This document shows positions 17,616 through 26,882 of a DNA stretch of 64,000 nt, in pieces. A model generated the notes under the pieces. The model had not been told where the DNA came from, made no database searches, and saw nothing but the letters and a program-made list of their open reading frames with translations. This DNA comes from a virus (lineage: Duplodnaviria > Caudoviricetes): IMG/VR virus record IMGVR_UViG_3300044723_007969; one strand, 5' to 3'. Made by a program: the position numbers and the translations under genes. How positions within the stretch are numbered: the stretch's first letter is position 1; every line of letters starts with the position of its first letter.

Positions 17616-17691
17616 GCCGCTTTAGCTCAGCCGGTAGAGCAACTGATTTGTAATCAGTAGGTCCGCGGTTCGAATCCGTGAAGCGGCACCA
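17616..17691 (+). tRNA. tRNA-Thr(UGU)
   Basis: Acceptor GCCGCTT/AAGCGGC, anticodon arm ACTGA-TTTGTAA-TCAGT, GTTCGAATC, encoded CCA. Confidence 0.95.
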
Positions 17692-17763
17692 TATGAACCA
17701 AACATGCCAGAATTACCATACACACCAAAAAAGTCAATGGTCTCGCATGTGATTGGTTAGATT

Positions 17764-17837
17764 GGGGGATTGGTGAAGTGGGATCACGCATCCATGGCAT
17801 GGATGAGTCAGGAGTTCGACTCTCCTATCCTCCACCA
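17764..17837 (+). tRNA. tRNA-Ala(GGC)
   Basis: Acceptor GGGGGAT/ATCCTCC with G3-U70, arm CATCC-ATGGCAT-GGATG, GTTCGACTC, CCA. Confidence 0.93.
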
Positions 17838-17842
17838 CTCAA

Positions 17843-17919
17843 GTGCCCGTAGTTCAGTTGGATAGAATACGAGTTTCCTAAACTTGGGGTCGGAGGTTCG
17901 AATCCTTCCGGGCACGCCA
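17843..17919 (+). tRNA. tRNA-Arg(CCU)
   Basis: Acceptor GTGCCCG/CGGGCAC, arm CGAGT-TTCCTAA-ACTTG, GTTCGAATC, CCA. Confidence 0.95.
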
Positions 17920-17954
17920 AACAACGCAATAATTACTCATATGAGAGAAACGTT

Positions 17955-18257
17955 ATGAAGAAGTTCTATTCAGTGAAGATAAAACACCACAAGGAAAATA
18001 TACCGCCAAGATTGGCAGAACAGATGTTGTTAGATGAATCTAAAATGATCAAGTACCTTTGGAAAAACAAAGCACTACACTTCAAATATCCAAAAGGTAA
18101 GAACAGACTAGATGTGTACGCTGATGAGGAATACCTTATGTTGGCCAAGATGAAGTATCCGACCATATTTGGTCGCAAAGGCAGGATGGGATTCTTGGAG
18201 TTGTACATAGCAAACCAGATAGACAGAAAATTAAAATTAGCGGAAGGTTCCACGTAA
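17955..18257 (+). CDS. basic hypothetical protein
   Basis: ORF track; TAATG coupling. Confidence 0.65.
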   Translation: MKKFYSVKIKHHKENIPPRLAEQMLLDESKMIKYLWKNKALHFKYPKGKNRLDVYADEEYLMLAKMKYPTIFGRKGRMGFLELYIANQIDRKLKLAEGST

Positions 18258-18928
18258 TGAAGTATGGAATGTACTCAGACAGTGAACTACCTCTAGGAGA
18301 TTACAGATGTCCTAGTTGGGATCCGATGCCCGATGGCAAGAAGAACGTTGTGGTGTTAGGATGTTCACACACATATGGTGTTGGTCTCGACGACGACAGC
18401 CACTGGGTGGCACATCTATCTAAACACAACACAGATCGTTTGCGTTATTGGAATCTAGGACAACCAGGTGCAAGTGGAGATAAAGTTGTTCGCATACTGT
18501 ACGGATCACAGAAAGTAATACATCCTAGTATAGTCATAGTGTGTTGGCCATTCTGGAGCAGGAGAGAACGATTAGGTGAACATGCAAAAGACTTGGTCAG
18601 TTATGACAGTGTACTCAAAGATGAGGACGAACACACAGACAAAAACAATTTCTTGAAAAACGTTTTCTTGGTTGAAAAATTTGCTGAGCAGAATGAATGT
18701 AAGACGTTCCATTGCTTTGCCCAAGAGTCATATCATGAACACATTCCAAATCTCAATGTGTTAGACACCTACACAATAAAGAACTGCTGGCCATACTGGG
18801 ACAAGTTCGAACAGCGTGAGCAATTCAACACCCCAAGCCTTGCCGCTGACGGCGAGCACTACGGTGTTGACCACCACAAGCGGTTTGCTGAGCTATTCCT
18901 GCAGAAATTCAAATCAAAATTAAGATAA
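18257..18928 (+). CDS. SGNH/GDSL hydrolase-like protein
   Basis: VVLGCSHTYG, NLGQPGAS, DGEH motifs. Confidence 0.7.
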   Translation: MKYGMYSDSELPLGDYRCPSWDPMPDGKKNVVVLGCSHTYGVGLDDDSHWVAHLSKHNTDRLRYWNLGQPGASGDKVVRILYGSQKVIHPSIVIVCWPFWSRRERLGEHAKDLVSYDSVLKDEDEHTDKNNFLKNVFLVEKFAEQNECKTFHCFAQESYHEHIPNLNVLDTYTIKNCWPYWDKFEQREQFNTPSLAADGEHYGVDHHKRFAELFLQKFKSKLR

Positions 18929-19909
18929 GGTCCAACTCCGCACCACAGGGTACTCCATGGCCCTGGCCAGCTCCTCTTTGTAACCGGTGTGCGACATGAA
19001 GTCCTGCAGGCTATGATCCAAAGCCGTGTTCCAGTCCTCGATCTTGTTGAGAAACAGTCGGTCGACATTGTGCTTGGTGGCCATTTCGGCCATGGCCGAC
19101 ATCTCTTTCCAGTTGTCGTTCTGCACTACCATGTGCCAGTCCAGGCCAAAACCATGTCTCCGCTTGTCTGCTGTTATGGCTTCCAGAGATTCTAAAATCT
19201 TGTGCCAACGTCCACCCAGTCTCAATTTCTCATAGGTCCCCGCCGAGGCACCGTCAATGCTGACGCCGATCCTTGAGAGGTTGTGAGCGATGTGCGGCAC
19301 GCGATCTATGGACTCCTTGTACATGAGCCCGTTGGTCAGTATGGAGTATTTGATGTTGTCTCTTTCAGGTGTTTGTTTCATGAAGTGTCTATACACGTGT
19401 GAAGCAAACGGGTCGCCGTCCGATCCCATGTGTACCTGTATAGGATGTTCATGGTTGCAGAGCCAATCATTTATCTTGTCAGCAAGTCGTATGCCCAAGT
19501 TGTATGCGGAACCTTCCTTGTGGAATATCATGCCTTTCCTACAACTGGGACACTGCAGATTACAACTGTCATCGATGGCAAGTCTTAAATGTTGTATGCG
19601 ATCCGGCTGGCCATGCAATACAGCACCTGACTTTATGTATGAACATTGATGTTCGTTGCAATAACGATATGTGCCATCTGTGATGGAACTTTGTAGATGT
19701 TGATGCATGTCACTGCCAATAATATCCTTTAGTGATTTTATCTGTAGATTGCCTATGCTCTGCGGCAACCAACCAGTACACTCACAAGCATAACATGACC
19801 CCATCTTGTCGATCAGCACAGTATCCTTAGGACGAGGACACCTGCTCTCGATCTTCAGGTCCTTGTTGGTGTCGATGCCGTAGTGTTCGAATAATCTCTT
19901 GTTTATCAT
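18920..19909 (-). CDS. radical SAM enzyme with N-terminal SPASM/twitch-like Cys domain
   Basis: CNLQCPSC, GDPF, TNG, VSIDGA; N-terminal Cys-rich segment with IGNL. Confidence 0.88.
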   Translation of the reverse strand: MINKRLFEHYGIDTNKDLKIESRCPRPKDTVLIDKMGSCYACECTGWLPQSIGNLQIKSLKDIIGSDMHQHLQSSITDGTYRYCNEHQCSYIKSGAVLHGQPDRIQHLRLAIDDSCNLQCPSCRKGMIFHKEGSAYNLGIRLADKINDWLCNHEHPIQVHMGSDGDPFASHVYRHFMKQTPERDNIKYSILTNGLMYKESIDRVPHIAHNLSRIGVSIDGASAGTYEKLRLGGRWHKILESLEAITADKRRHGFGLDWHMVVQNDNWKEMSAMAEMATKHNVDRLFLNKIEDWNTALDHSLQDFMSHTGYKEELARAMEYPVVRSWTLS

Positions 19910-20082
19910 TTGTTAGGATCAGTGATCATGTCCAGGGTCAGCACCACGTCCTCTGGCACAGTGTACTCCTTTTGTTTTTCAACCGGTGTGTGCTTTTTCC
20001 TCCGCCTGCGTTCATCACGTTCCTGTTGCTTCTGCATCTTCTTGGCACCCCTGGTGCTCTTGTAATCGTAGTGTATTCCCAT
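19906..20082 (-). CDS. 58-aa basic hypothetical protein
   Basis: TAAATA 7 nt upstream; ATGA coupling to radical SAM gene. Confidence 0.6.
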   Translation of the reverse strand: MGIHYDYKSTRGAKKMQKQQERDERRRRKKHTPVEKQKEYTVPEDVVLTLDMITDPNK

Positions 20083-20179
20083 GATGCAGTATTTACAGTG
20101 CTGTCATGGGTTGTAAAAACTTTACCAGATCCTACACATTAAGGTTGCATTTACCAATAAATATGCGTTACAATCCAGA

Positions 20180-20201
20180 GTGATCATCGGCCGATGATCA
20201 C
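20180..20201. promoter_or_regulatory. perfect 22-bp palindrome in porin leader
   Basis: GTGATCATCGGCCGATGATCAC. Confidence 0.7.
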
Positions 20202-20237
20202 ACATTCATTAAACTATCGATAAGGAGATAAAAAATA

Positions 20238-21176
20238 ATGAAAATGACAAAGAAAAAAGTAGGCCTAGGTGTGGCTATTATAATAGCACTAGGAGTACTA
20301 GGGTGGGTGTTCAAACCTGCTCCAGCGGAAGCGGCTGACATGCAAGTATACGGTTCACTGAACTACATGCTTTCAAACAACGAGGACGCCAACGGCGTTT
20401 CGACCTCAAAGGCCGAGAACAACGGTTCTGCCATCGGTGTGGACTTCGCACAACCTCTGTCAGAGGGCGTTGAAGGATTCGCAACACTGGAAGTGGACAT
20501 CGATGCGGATGACTCGGGTTCCAACCCATTTGATTCAAAACTGGCCTTCGCCGGTGTGGACATGGGCACTGCTGGTACAATATCAGCGGGTAGACAGAAC
20601 TCGGTGTTCAAAGGTGCTGTGACATCTAAAACAGATGTATTCCCAGAATACGGAAATGGTGCCGCACAGAAACTGTTCAGCAGGGACTCACACACAGTGA
20701 TCTACTCTAACCAGTTTGGTGCAGTGACTTTGGACAACATGATCAAAGTGGACGGTACGACCGGTAAGTCAGGTGTTGACGTTTATGAGACGGCGGCCAG
20801 CATGGACATCAATGATGCCATGAACGTGGGTGTTGCTTACACAGATGACAAAGTCAATGAAGTTACCTACACGGGTGCGGGCTTGACATATGCCGTGTCA
20901 GCAGTGACCACAGTGGGCTATACGCACACAATCAAGGATGCGGAAACCACCAACCTTACCACAACTGCCAATGAAGTGGTTGCCAGCCATCTGATAGATA
21001 ACACAACTTACTCAGTGGGTTACGGTAAAGTTGAGGACGGTGCCGCGTACACAACGGTTGGAGCCGAGAAGAAGATCGGTGAAAACTTCAGCATGTACGG
21101 TGCATTCGAGATGACTGATCCAGCGTCTGGCGTAGATACGCAGGATGCCGCTGTTGGAATCAAGTTCACGTTCTAA
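20238..21176 (+). CDS. Gram-negative outer-membrane porin
   Basis: Signal peptide ending AEA; VYGSLN; GTISAGRQ; C-terminal GIKFTF; SD TAAGGAG. Confidence 0.88.
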   Translation: MKMTKKKVGLGVAIIIALGVLGWVFKPAPAEAADMQVYGSLNYMLSNNEDANGVSTSKAENNGSAIGVDFAQPLSEGVEGFATLEVDIDADDSGSNPFDSKLAFAGVDMGTAGTISAGRQNSVFKGAVTSKTDVFPEYGNGAAQKLFSRDSHTVIYSNQFGAVTLDNMIKVDGTTGKSGVDVYETAASMDINDAMNVGVAYTDDKVNEVTYTGAGLTYAVSAVTTVGYTHTIKDAETTNLTTTANEVVASHLIDNTTYSVGYGKVEDGAAYTTVGAEKKIGENFSMYGAFEMTDPASGVDTQDAAVGIKFTF

Positions 21177-21288
21177 TCTAAACACAGTATAAGCCGGCGG
21201 AGATCTGAGAAGGTCAAGGTCGGCTTTACGCTTTTTAACGCTCCGCGTTATTCTTTTTTTACGCTATCTCTGGTAATTTACGCTTTCG

Positions 21289-21843
21289 CTATTTCTTGAA
21301 GTAATGTACTGTACGTGTGTCTCTGGATCTGCCCTTGCCTACTCTAAATTCCTTGCCATACATCTTTCTGAATGAAGCAATCATCGCCACGGCATGATCT
21401 TTGTGTCTAGGTTTGGATAGTTTTTGAGTCTCATATATGAGCACTCCGTCATTGGCAGTGAGGTCATAATATTCCTTTGCAATAGTATCTGTGTCTATCA
21501 GATCTATATCGGCCACTTGTATGGTCATCGCAAAAGAATACACTACATCAAACATCTGTGTGTTCGACTTACAGAAATCTTTGAATCCTTTCTTGATCCA
21601 AGTGACATTGGCAGGCTGTGATACAGGCTCGGCAAAAGGTTCTACCGCTGTTGCTGAACGGAAAAGATGTGCCAGTTTTGCTGTGAACTTTCCGTTATTG
21701 GCTCCTGTGTCCAACAAAGTCTTATCGGTGCCTGTGTATGATTCCAGTTCAAACAGTTTGATCCTTTCCTCGACATTGTTTCCTAACTTGCTGTGTTGGT
21801 ATTGATCCCATGCATGGAGATTCTCTGCTTCACTTTTCTTCAT
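21289..21843 (-). CDS. class I SAM-dependent methyltransferase
   Basis: LLDTGANNG, AVEP, FDVV. Confidence 0.78.
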   Translation of the reverse strand: MKKSEAENLHAWDQYQHSKLGNNVEERIKLFELESYTGTDKTLLDTGANNGKFTAKLAHLFRSATAVEPFAEPVSQPANVTWIKKGFKDFCKSNTQMFDVVYSFAMTIQVADIDLIDTDTIAKEYYDLTANDGVLIYETQKLSKPRHKDHAVAMIASFRKMYGKEFRVGKGRSRDTRTVHYFKK

Positions 21844-22423
21844 ATTGTCCTTTTGGTGGGTCTTCTCTGTTTGCTGTAATTATGGTTTCTTTGAGCATGG
21901 ATTTGAATTTTGTATCATTATGATAAGCAAAACTTGATGTTAATGCCTTGTTTATATTCCCCTCCTGTTCAAATCCTACAGGCCATGCCCTTTCGAAATC
22001 GATCAGGTTCAACAGCTCATCTTGTATCATCATCATGGAAAGCATGTATCCTATCTTACCGTCGTTTGGATTCAACTCGTACGCTAATTTTATTTGATGT
22101 TTGGTTAGTGTGTCCACTATGGGATCAACCTGTTCGATGTATTTTTGTCGGTCGTCATCAGCAAAGTGTCTGAAGGGCCGGCCCACGTAAGACATCTCTA
22201 TGGTCAGATTCTTCACGTCATGGTCAATCAACTGTGGGAAATGTTCTTCTCCTTTGAGCCTTCGTAGACATTCCACTTCCCTTGCAAAACACATTTCCAA
22301 CGATCCTCTCAAAGGGCCATGGCCCGGCCCGAATTTTTTCTTTCTGGGGACAAAATGTTTTACCACTTTGTTGTCTCTAGGGTAGCATTCTACTATTGCT
22401 GTCTCTCCTCGTGATCTGTACAT
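21830..22423 (-). CDS. protein-kinase-like (Kdo/RIO/APH-type) phosphotransferase
   Basis: VVK, REVECLRRL, FPQLI, MSYVG, LIDFE. Confidence 0.7.
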   Translation of the reverse strand: MYRSRGETAIVECYPRDNKVVKHFVPRKKKFGPGHGPLRGSLEMCFAREVECLRRLKGEEHFPQLIDHDVKNLTIEMSYVGRPFRHFADDDRQKYIEQVDPIVDTLTKHQIKLAYELNPNDGKIGYMLSMMMIQDELLNLIDFERAWPVGFEQEGNINKALTSSFAYHNDTKFKSMLKETIITANREDPPKGQYEEK

Positions 22424-22522
22424 TATTTTGGTTATGCTCTTTGACGTAATTTATTTTTGGGTTTCTCGTTTGCGTATTCTGGATATAGTGAACTTAACTG
22501 TTCGTAAATGTGTTCGATGTCT

Positions 22523-23965
22523 TTACTGTTCTTCATCTGAGTGCAGTTCGTTCAATAGTTGTCTCAGTTTACCGCCCTCCACTGTGGCCTTAACTTTAAC
22601 TCCCAGGGCATTACCTTTACGAGGGTCTGGAACCTCCAGCCTTGCATCAGTAGACGTATCACCACTGGTTACTTTGGATGTCTGCTTTAACGAGTCGTAA
22701 ATTTTATTTTTGCCCTGCTGGTTGTAACTCTGTGACTCGTCCTCATCCAGACTCCTGATTCTTAAACTATCTACGTCAAACTCCAAGTCCACTTTCTGTC
22801 CTACCCCAGAACTTGATCTGGTCTTCATAAACTGTATTTGATATCTTCCACGTTCTTTCATTGCCCTCGATGTGAATATACCTATGACATTGTCTGCTGT
22901 CTGTATCTTGGACAGTCCACCTGAGATGTGACTGTGATCAAACTCTATCTCTTCAACGCTGGCCCTGTTTAACTGTGATGCTGTTGCCAACACACACTGT
23001 TTCTCAACGACCAAGTTTCTCAGTTCCTCACTCACATACTTGTCTTTAATGAACAAGTCTGCCGGACTTATTCTTTTGCTCTTAGGCATCATGAGATCCA
23101 AGTAATCGATCAGTATGCAGTCTATATTCTTTTTGTTCTTGAGCTCTAGTTCTTTCAAATACGTCCTCACATCCAACACGTTGCTACCACTTGGTAAGTA
23201 TTTGATCTGTAAGTTACCTGACTTCTTCTTCAACATTTTCACTTTCATCTCAACGTTTTCTATTTCCGGGAACACTTTCTTGGTTGGAATGTTTGTCATC
23301 ATTGCATCCAATCTCATGGCAGTAAGTTGTTCACTCAACTCAAAAGATATGTAACAAACGTTCAGGCCAGCCTGTGCCCAGTTCACCGCAAGATTCTGCA
23401 AGAACAAACTCTTACCTGCGCCTGATCCACCTGCAAAGATGTTTAGTTCTCCTCGGTTAAATCCACCGAATAGTTTCTTGTCGAGATTCTGCCAGCCAGT
23501 GCTGACCTGTCCGTTGTTCGCCTTGAGTGCCTCTAGTCTTCCTTTCGGATCCTCAAAGTAGTCTGTACCTAGGTCTCGTGTTAATCCCACATTGACCGCT
23601 TCCTTGACCATGTCCTCAACAGGAGCATAGTCGCCCTTCTCCAGCAAGTCCGCTGATTGTAGTATTGCATGTTCAAGTGCCTTGTGCCTAGAAAATGTTT
23701 CGAATTCGTCTAGCAACCAATTGAAGTGACTTGGATCTAAATCCTTCGCTGTCTTTAATTTTATATCGTGCGATGCATTTACTATGTCAACTTCCGGCAT
23801 GACCTTGTACTCGTCCATGTAGTCTTTTACAAACTTGGCGATTGGTTGTAGTTTACGATCAAACGATTCCGGTTTGAATATGTTCTGTGCCCTAGCAAAT
23901 GATTCTGCATCCGCAAGAAGCATCTCTATATAAAGTTTCTGTACATCAAATGTGTATTCAGCCAT
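22523..23965 (-). CDS. replicative DnaB-like helicase (T4 gp41)
   Basis: GGSGAGKS, IDYLDLM, TASQLNR. Confidence 0.94.
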   Translation of the reverse strand: MAEYTFDVQKLYIEMLLADAESFARAQNIFKPESFDRKLQPIAKFVKDYMDEYKVMPEVDIVNASHDIKLKTAKDLDPSHFNWLLDEFETFSRHKALEHAILQSADLLEKGDYAPVEDMVKEAVNVGLTRDLGTDYFEDPKGRLEALKANNGQVSTGWQNLDKKLFGGFNRGELNIFAGGSGAGKSLFLQNLAVNWAQAGLNVCYISFELSEQLTAMRLDAMMTNIPTKKVFPEIENVEMKVKMLKKKSGNLQIKYLPSGSNVLDVRTYLKELELKNKKNIDCILIDYLDLMMPKSKRISPADLFIKDKYVSEELRNLVVEKQCVLATASQLNRASVEEIEFDHSHISGGLSKIQTADNVIGIFTSRAMKERGRYQIQFMKTRSSSGVGQKVDLEFDVDSLRIRSLDEDESQSYNQQGKNKIYDSLKQTSKVTSGDTSTDARLEVPDPRKGNALGVKVKATVEGGKLRQLLNELHSDEEQ

Positions 23966-24971
23966 GTATTTTTCTCTTTAGATCAATTTTCAGTTTACTT
24001 GATTCTGTTGTTTTTAATATCGATTGTATAGTAAACAGTCTACCATATTTTAACACAGCATCCGCCACATCGCCAACCGTTTTGTCCCATTCTGGAAAAG
24101 CAACGCTCCATCCAAAATCTATTGCTTGGTTAATCAGTTTCTCTCCTGGAGCATCTCTGTCCGGTACTACAATTACCTTTCTACCAAGTCCGTCTATGAG
24201 CTCTCGCTGTACATCATTTATCTCTGATCCTAATATACTAACACCAGAAACGGATATGGCATCAAACGGTCCTTCAGTGACAATCACAAACTTCCTTGTC
24301 CAGTCCTGTGCATCCATGTTGAATACATAGCCAGGTTGTACGTCTGTGTAGTATTTGACTTTGTCGGACTGCTCAAACATTCTACCGGTGAAGCCAACAA
24401 TATCACCTCTCCAGTAAAAAGGTATCAGCAATCTTTTGTTCACGTCCCAGTGTTGATCGGGCGAGTACATAAAGTCATACCACTCTGGGCCGATGCCTCT
24501 GCTTTCTAAATATTTCAGCAGTCCGTCTATTTTTTGCCATTGTGGTTCTGTTAGATCGTTTGCCACGTATTTCTCAAGCCATACATCTAGTTTATGTGTG
24601 TTCTTGGGTAGTGTTTTATTTTTGAATGTAACAAATTTTTTCTTCTCATATTTTACATCTCCCTCTTCTTCACGCATGGCTTCTATCGCTAGTTTTCTAA
24701 TGGTGTCGTCAGGTATACCTATGTAACCCATGAACTGTCTCATCTTGTAAGTAAGTTTACGTCCTATCACATAACTGGCTTTGAATCCACAGTTGAAACA
24801 GTGATAACTCACTGTGCCATCTGCACTTGTCATTATGCCACCACGCTTCTTCTTGTCTGCTGTCTCACCGTTGTGTACGCAACAAGGTGCATTGAAGGAT
24901 ATCCACCCACTGGGAGTTTTCTTTCTACCCGCAGGTAGACTTGTCAGAATTGTATTCTGGATCAGGTTCAT
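23958..24971 (-). CDS. DNA primase (T4 gp61-like)
   Basis: Zn-binding CC...HCFNCG; TOPRIM EGPFD and DRD. Confidence 0.9.
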   Translation of the reverse strand: MNLIQNTILTSLPAGRKKTPSGWISFNAPCCVHNGETADKKKRGGIMTSADGTVSYHCFNCGFKASYVIGRKLTYKMRQFMGYIGIPDDTIRKLAIEAMREEEGDVKYEKKKFVTFKNKTLPKNTHKLDVWLEKYVANDLTEPQWQKIDGLLKYLESRGIGPEWYDFMYSPDQHWDVNKRLLIPFYWRGDIVGFTGRMFEQSDKVKYYTDVQPGYVFNMDAQDWTRKFVIVTEGPFDAISVSGVSILGSEINDVQRELIDGLGRKVIVVPDRDAPGEKLINQAIDFGWSVAFPEWDKTVGDVADAVLKYGRLFTIQSILKTTESSKLKIDLKRKIHG

Positions 24972-24981
24972 AAACTATATT

Positions 24982-25761
24982 TTACTGTCTATATAGGATT
25001 TTGTCAACACGGCCTGTGGTGCCTGTGGATCTTACCGCTTTGAATCTTACGTTTTGGTAAACACCTGTAAAGTTCACATATGAAACACTTGACGAACTTG
25101 ATAGAGTTGATGTGGTAATATCAAAGTAATCATTATCTGTAGGACTTGTTGCAACCATGGTACCTTGTACTTTAACTGTTCCTGAAAAGTCTCTAGGATA
25201 AATTGCAATGGTATGTAGAGCAGTGTTGTTATTGATTCCCGGTCTACCAGTTATTGCACCTGATGTAAATGTGTCACTTGAAAGTGTAAAAGCAGTAATA
25301 GATGTGCTGTCGGTAAATTGAGCATATGCCCCGTCGAGTAGTTCAATTGTACCTGCCGCAACATATCCAGTGTTTGAATAGGTTACTTCAGGATTGTTTT
25401 CATCGGTTACATCGCTCACTGAATAATTGTAAAATTTTGCATCAAGTTTGAGTAGATCGCCATCTGTGATTGTACAACTAGCGGTACCTTTCACACTGGT
25501 AGTCGAGCCGTCGTCTAGTATTGTGAGGCTCTTTGTTAAGGCATTTTTCTTTGACTCCGTATCAACAATATTCAGCGTATACTTCTTGCTAGTAATGTCT
25601 TGTGGCTTCTGATCCTCATTTTTGAACGTGAATGAGATAGGATTTGATACCCCTCTATGTAATGTTAGACGTCTATCGTACACTTTTGAGTTCCTTCCAT
25701 GATAACCACTTATGTAGGCAATTACCAATTGATTTATTAAATACCTTTGTACTGTTTGCAT
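24982..25761 (-). CDS. Ser/Thr-rich probable virion structural protein
   Basis: TAAATA late box; beta-rich composition. Confidence 0.65.
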   Translation of the reverse strand: MQTVQRYLINQLVIAYISGYHGRNSKVYDRRLTLHRGVSNPISFTFKNEDQKPQDITSKKYTLNIVDTESKKNALTKSLTILDDGSTTSVKGTASCTITDGDLLKLDAKFYNYSVSDVTDENNPEVTYSNTGYVAAGTIELLDGAYAQFTDSTSITAFTLSSDTFTSGAITGRPGINNNTALHTIAIYPRDFSGTVKVQGTMVATSPTDNDYFDITTSTLSSSSSVSYVNFTGVYQNVRFKAVRSTGTTGRVDKILYRQ

Positions 25762-25793
25762 AATACATATTTAACAGTATTTATAGATAGAGT

Positions 25794-26168
25794 ATGAACG
25801 AAATTTTTAACACACTGAGGGACAAGTTCCCCTTTTTAAGCCTGATCAGAAAGGGCGATCTGGAGTTTGTGGGCATAGTACAAAATGAGGATGTCAATGT
25901 AATCAGTTTCTATGATTACGGTAGACTTATGCTATCCCAAGACAAGATGAGATATCTCAAGTGTGGAGAAACTTGGTGGCACGAGTCGAATCGCAAACTA
26001 CCAATAAACATATTTCTAAAAGGTGAGTTCAGATATTTCAGGACAACATTAGTCACATTGAATTCTAAAGATGTTGAAATAGTTCATGGGCCTACTGTTA
26101 AACTTTCTGAAATTTCGAAGAAAAGGGTGAAAAGGAAAACTATACAGTTAGTAAGAAGACCTATTTAA
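25794..26168 (+). CDS. hypothetical phage protein (WWHESNRKLPINIFL)
   Basis: ORF track; divergent from neighbour. Confidence 0.75.
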   Translation: MNEIFNTLRDKFPFLSLIRKGDLEFVGIVQNEDVNVISFYDYGRLMLSQDKMRYLKCGETWWHESNRKLPINIFLKGEFRYFRTTLVTLNSKDVEIVHGPTVKLSEISKKRVKRKTIQLVRRPI

Positions 26169-26291
26169 ACTTTTCCGTCTTTATTGATATACTTCGCAAA
26201 ATATATTGTCAACGGGTTGGTAGGATCATAAGCGTTCTCATACCGATCTTTTTTGGTGATTCTTTTACTGCGTTTTTTGGATTTTCTTTTC

Positions 26292-26882
26292 TTAGTTTTT
26301 TGATGGTGCATCAAAACTATATTTAGCTCTGCTGACCAAATTCATCTGCACCACAATTGCCTGTGCATATGCAACTGCATGTGATTTCTTAAAAAAGTAA
26401 CTGCCGTCTGTTGGTTTGACCCATACCTCTTTCATTATGTCGATCCAGTCCTTGTACATCAGTCCTCGTTTAGCAGGACGTATGATTGCTAATACAGCCG
26501 CAAGTTGTTCGATGGTTTTAGGTTCTAGTTTGGACACTATGTTGAAATGACCATTCAGGTGAAAAAGGTTTTCGACCACCTTTGGATCCTTCAGCATATC
26601 CCAATCTGGTTCCTGTATCATCAGTTCTACAAGTTCTTGTTCTGATTTAATATTTTTGTAAATATTAACGTTCAACATGTCTATTTTGAAATACCCTCGA
26701 TCCTCTGCATTCTTGTAATCCAGTGATGCATGTCCTGTAACAGGATGTTCAGGCACAGCATGGAAGTATACTCCAGTCTTGTGTTTTTCTGTTTTGTCTT
26801 CTTTGATCATCGATGCCGGGGTGTGCTTAAATAATTTCAAAACCCCATCTCTGTCAAAAAAGTCTATGTCAACATCAGGCAT
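26292..26882 (-). CDS. miniature DNA polymerase III alpha (DnaE)-like protein
   Basis: PDVDIDF, KHKTGVY, GYFKIDML, LAIIRP, FKKSHAVAY match PolC/DnaE palm and finger motifs. Confidence 0.85.
   Translation of the reverse strand: MPDVDIDFFDRDGVLKLFKHTPASMIKEDKTEKHKTGVYFHAVPEHPVTGHASLDYKNAEDRGYFKIDMLNVNIYKNIKSEQELVELMIQEPDWDMLKDPKVVENLFHLNGHFNIVSKLEPKTIEQLAAVLAIIRPAKRGLMYKDWIDIMKEVWVKPTDGSYFFKKSHAVAYAQAIVVQMNLVSRAKYSFDAPSKN

Noticed and set aside
17692-17940. Theta/HDV-like ribozyme after the tRNAs
   Set aside because: No nested double-pseudoknot pairing was found at the tRNA 3' ends; the tRNAs encode CCA
26292-26882. dnaE pseudogene interpretation
   Set aside because: Clean coupled start, all catalytic motifs kept, and internal domain loss rather than truncation or frameshift
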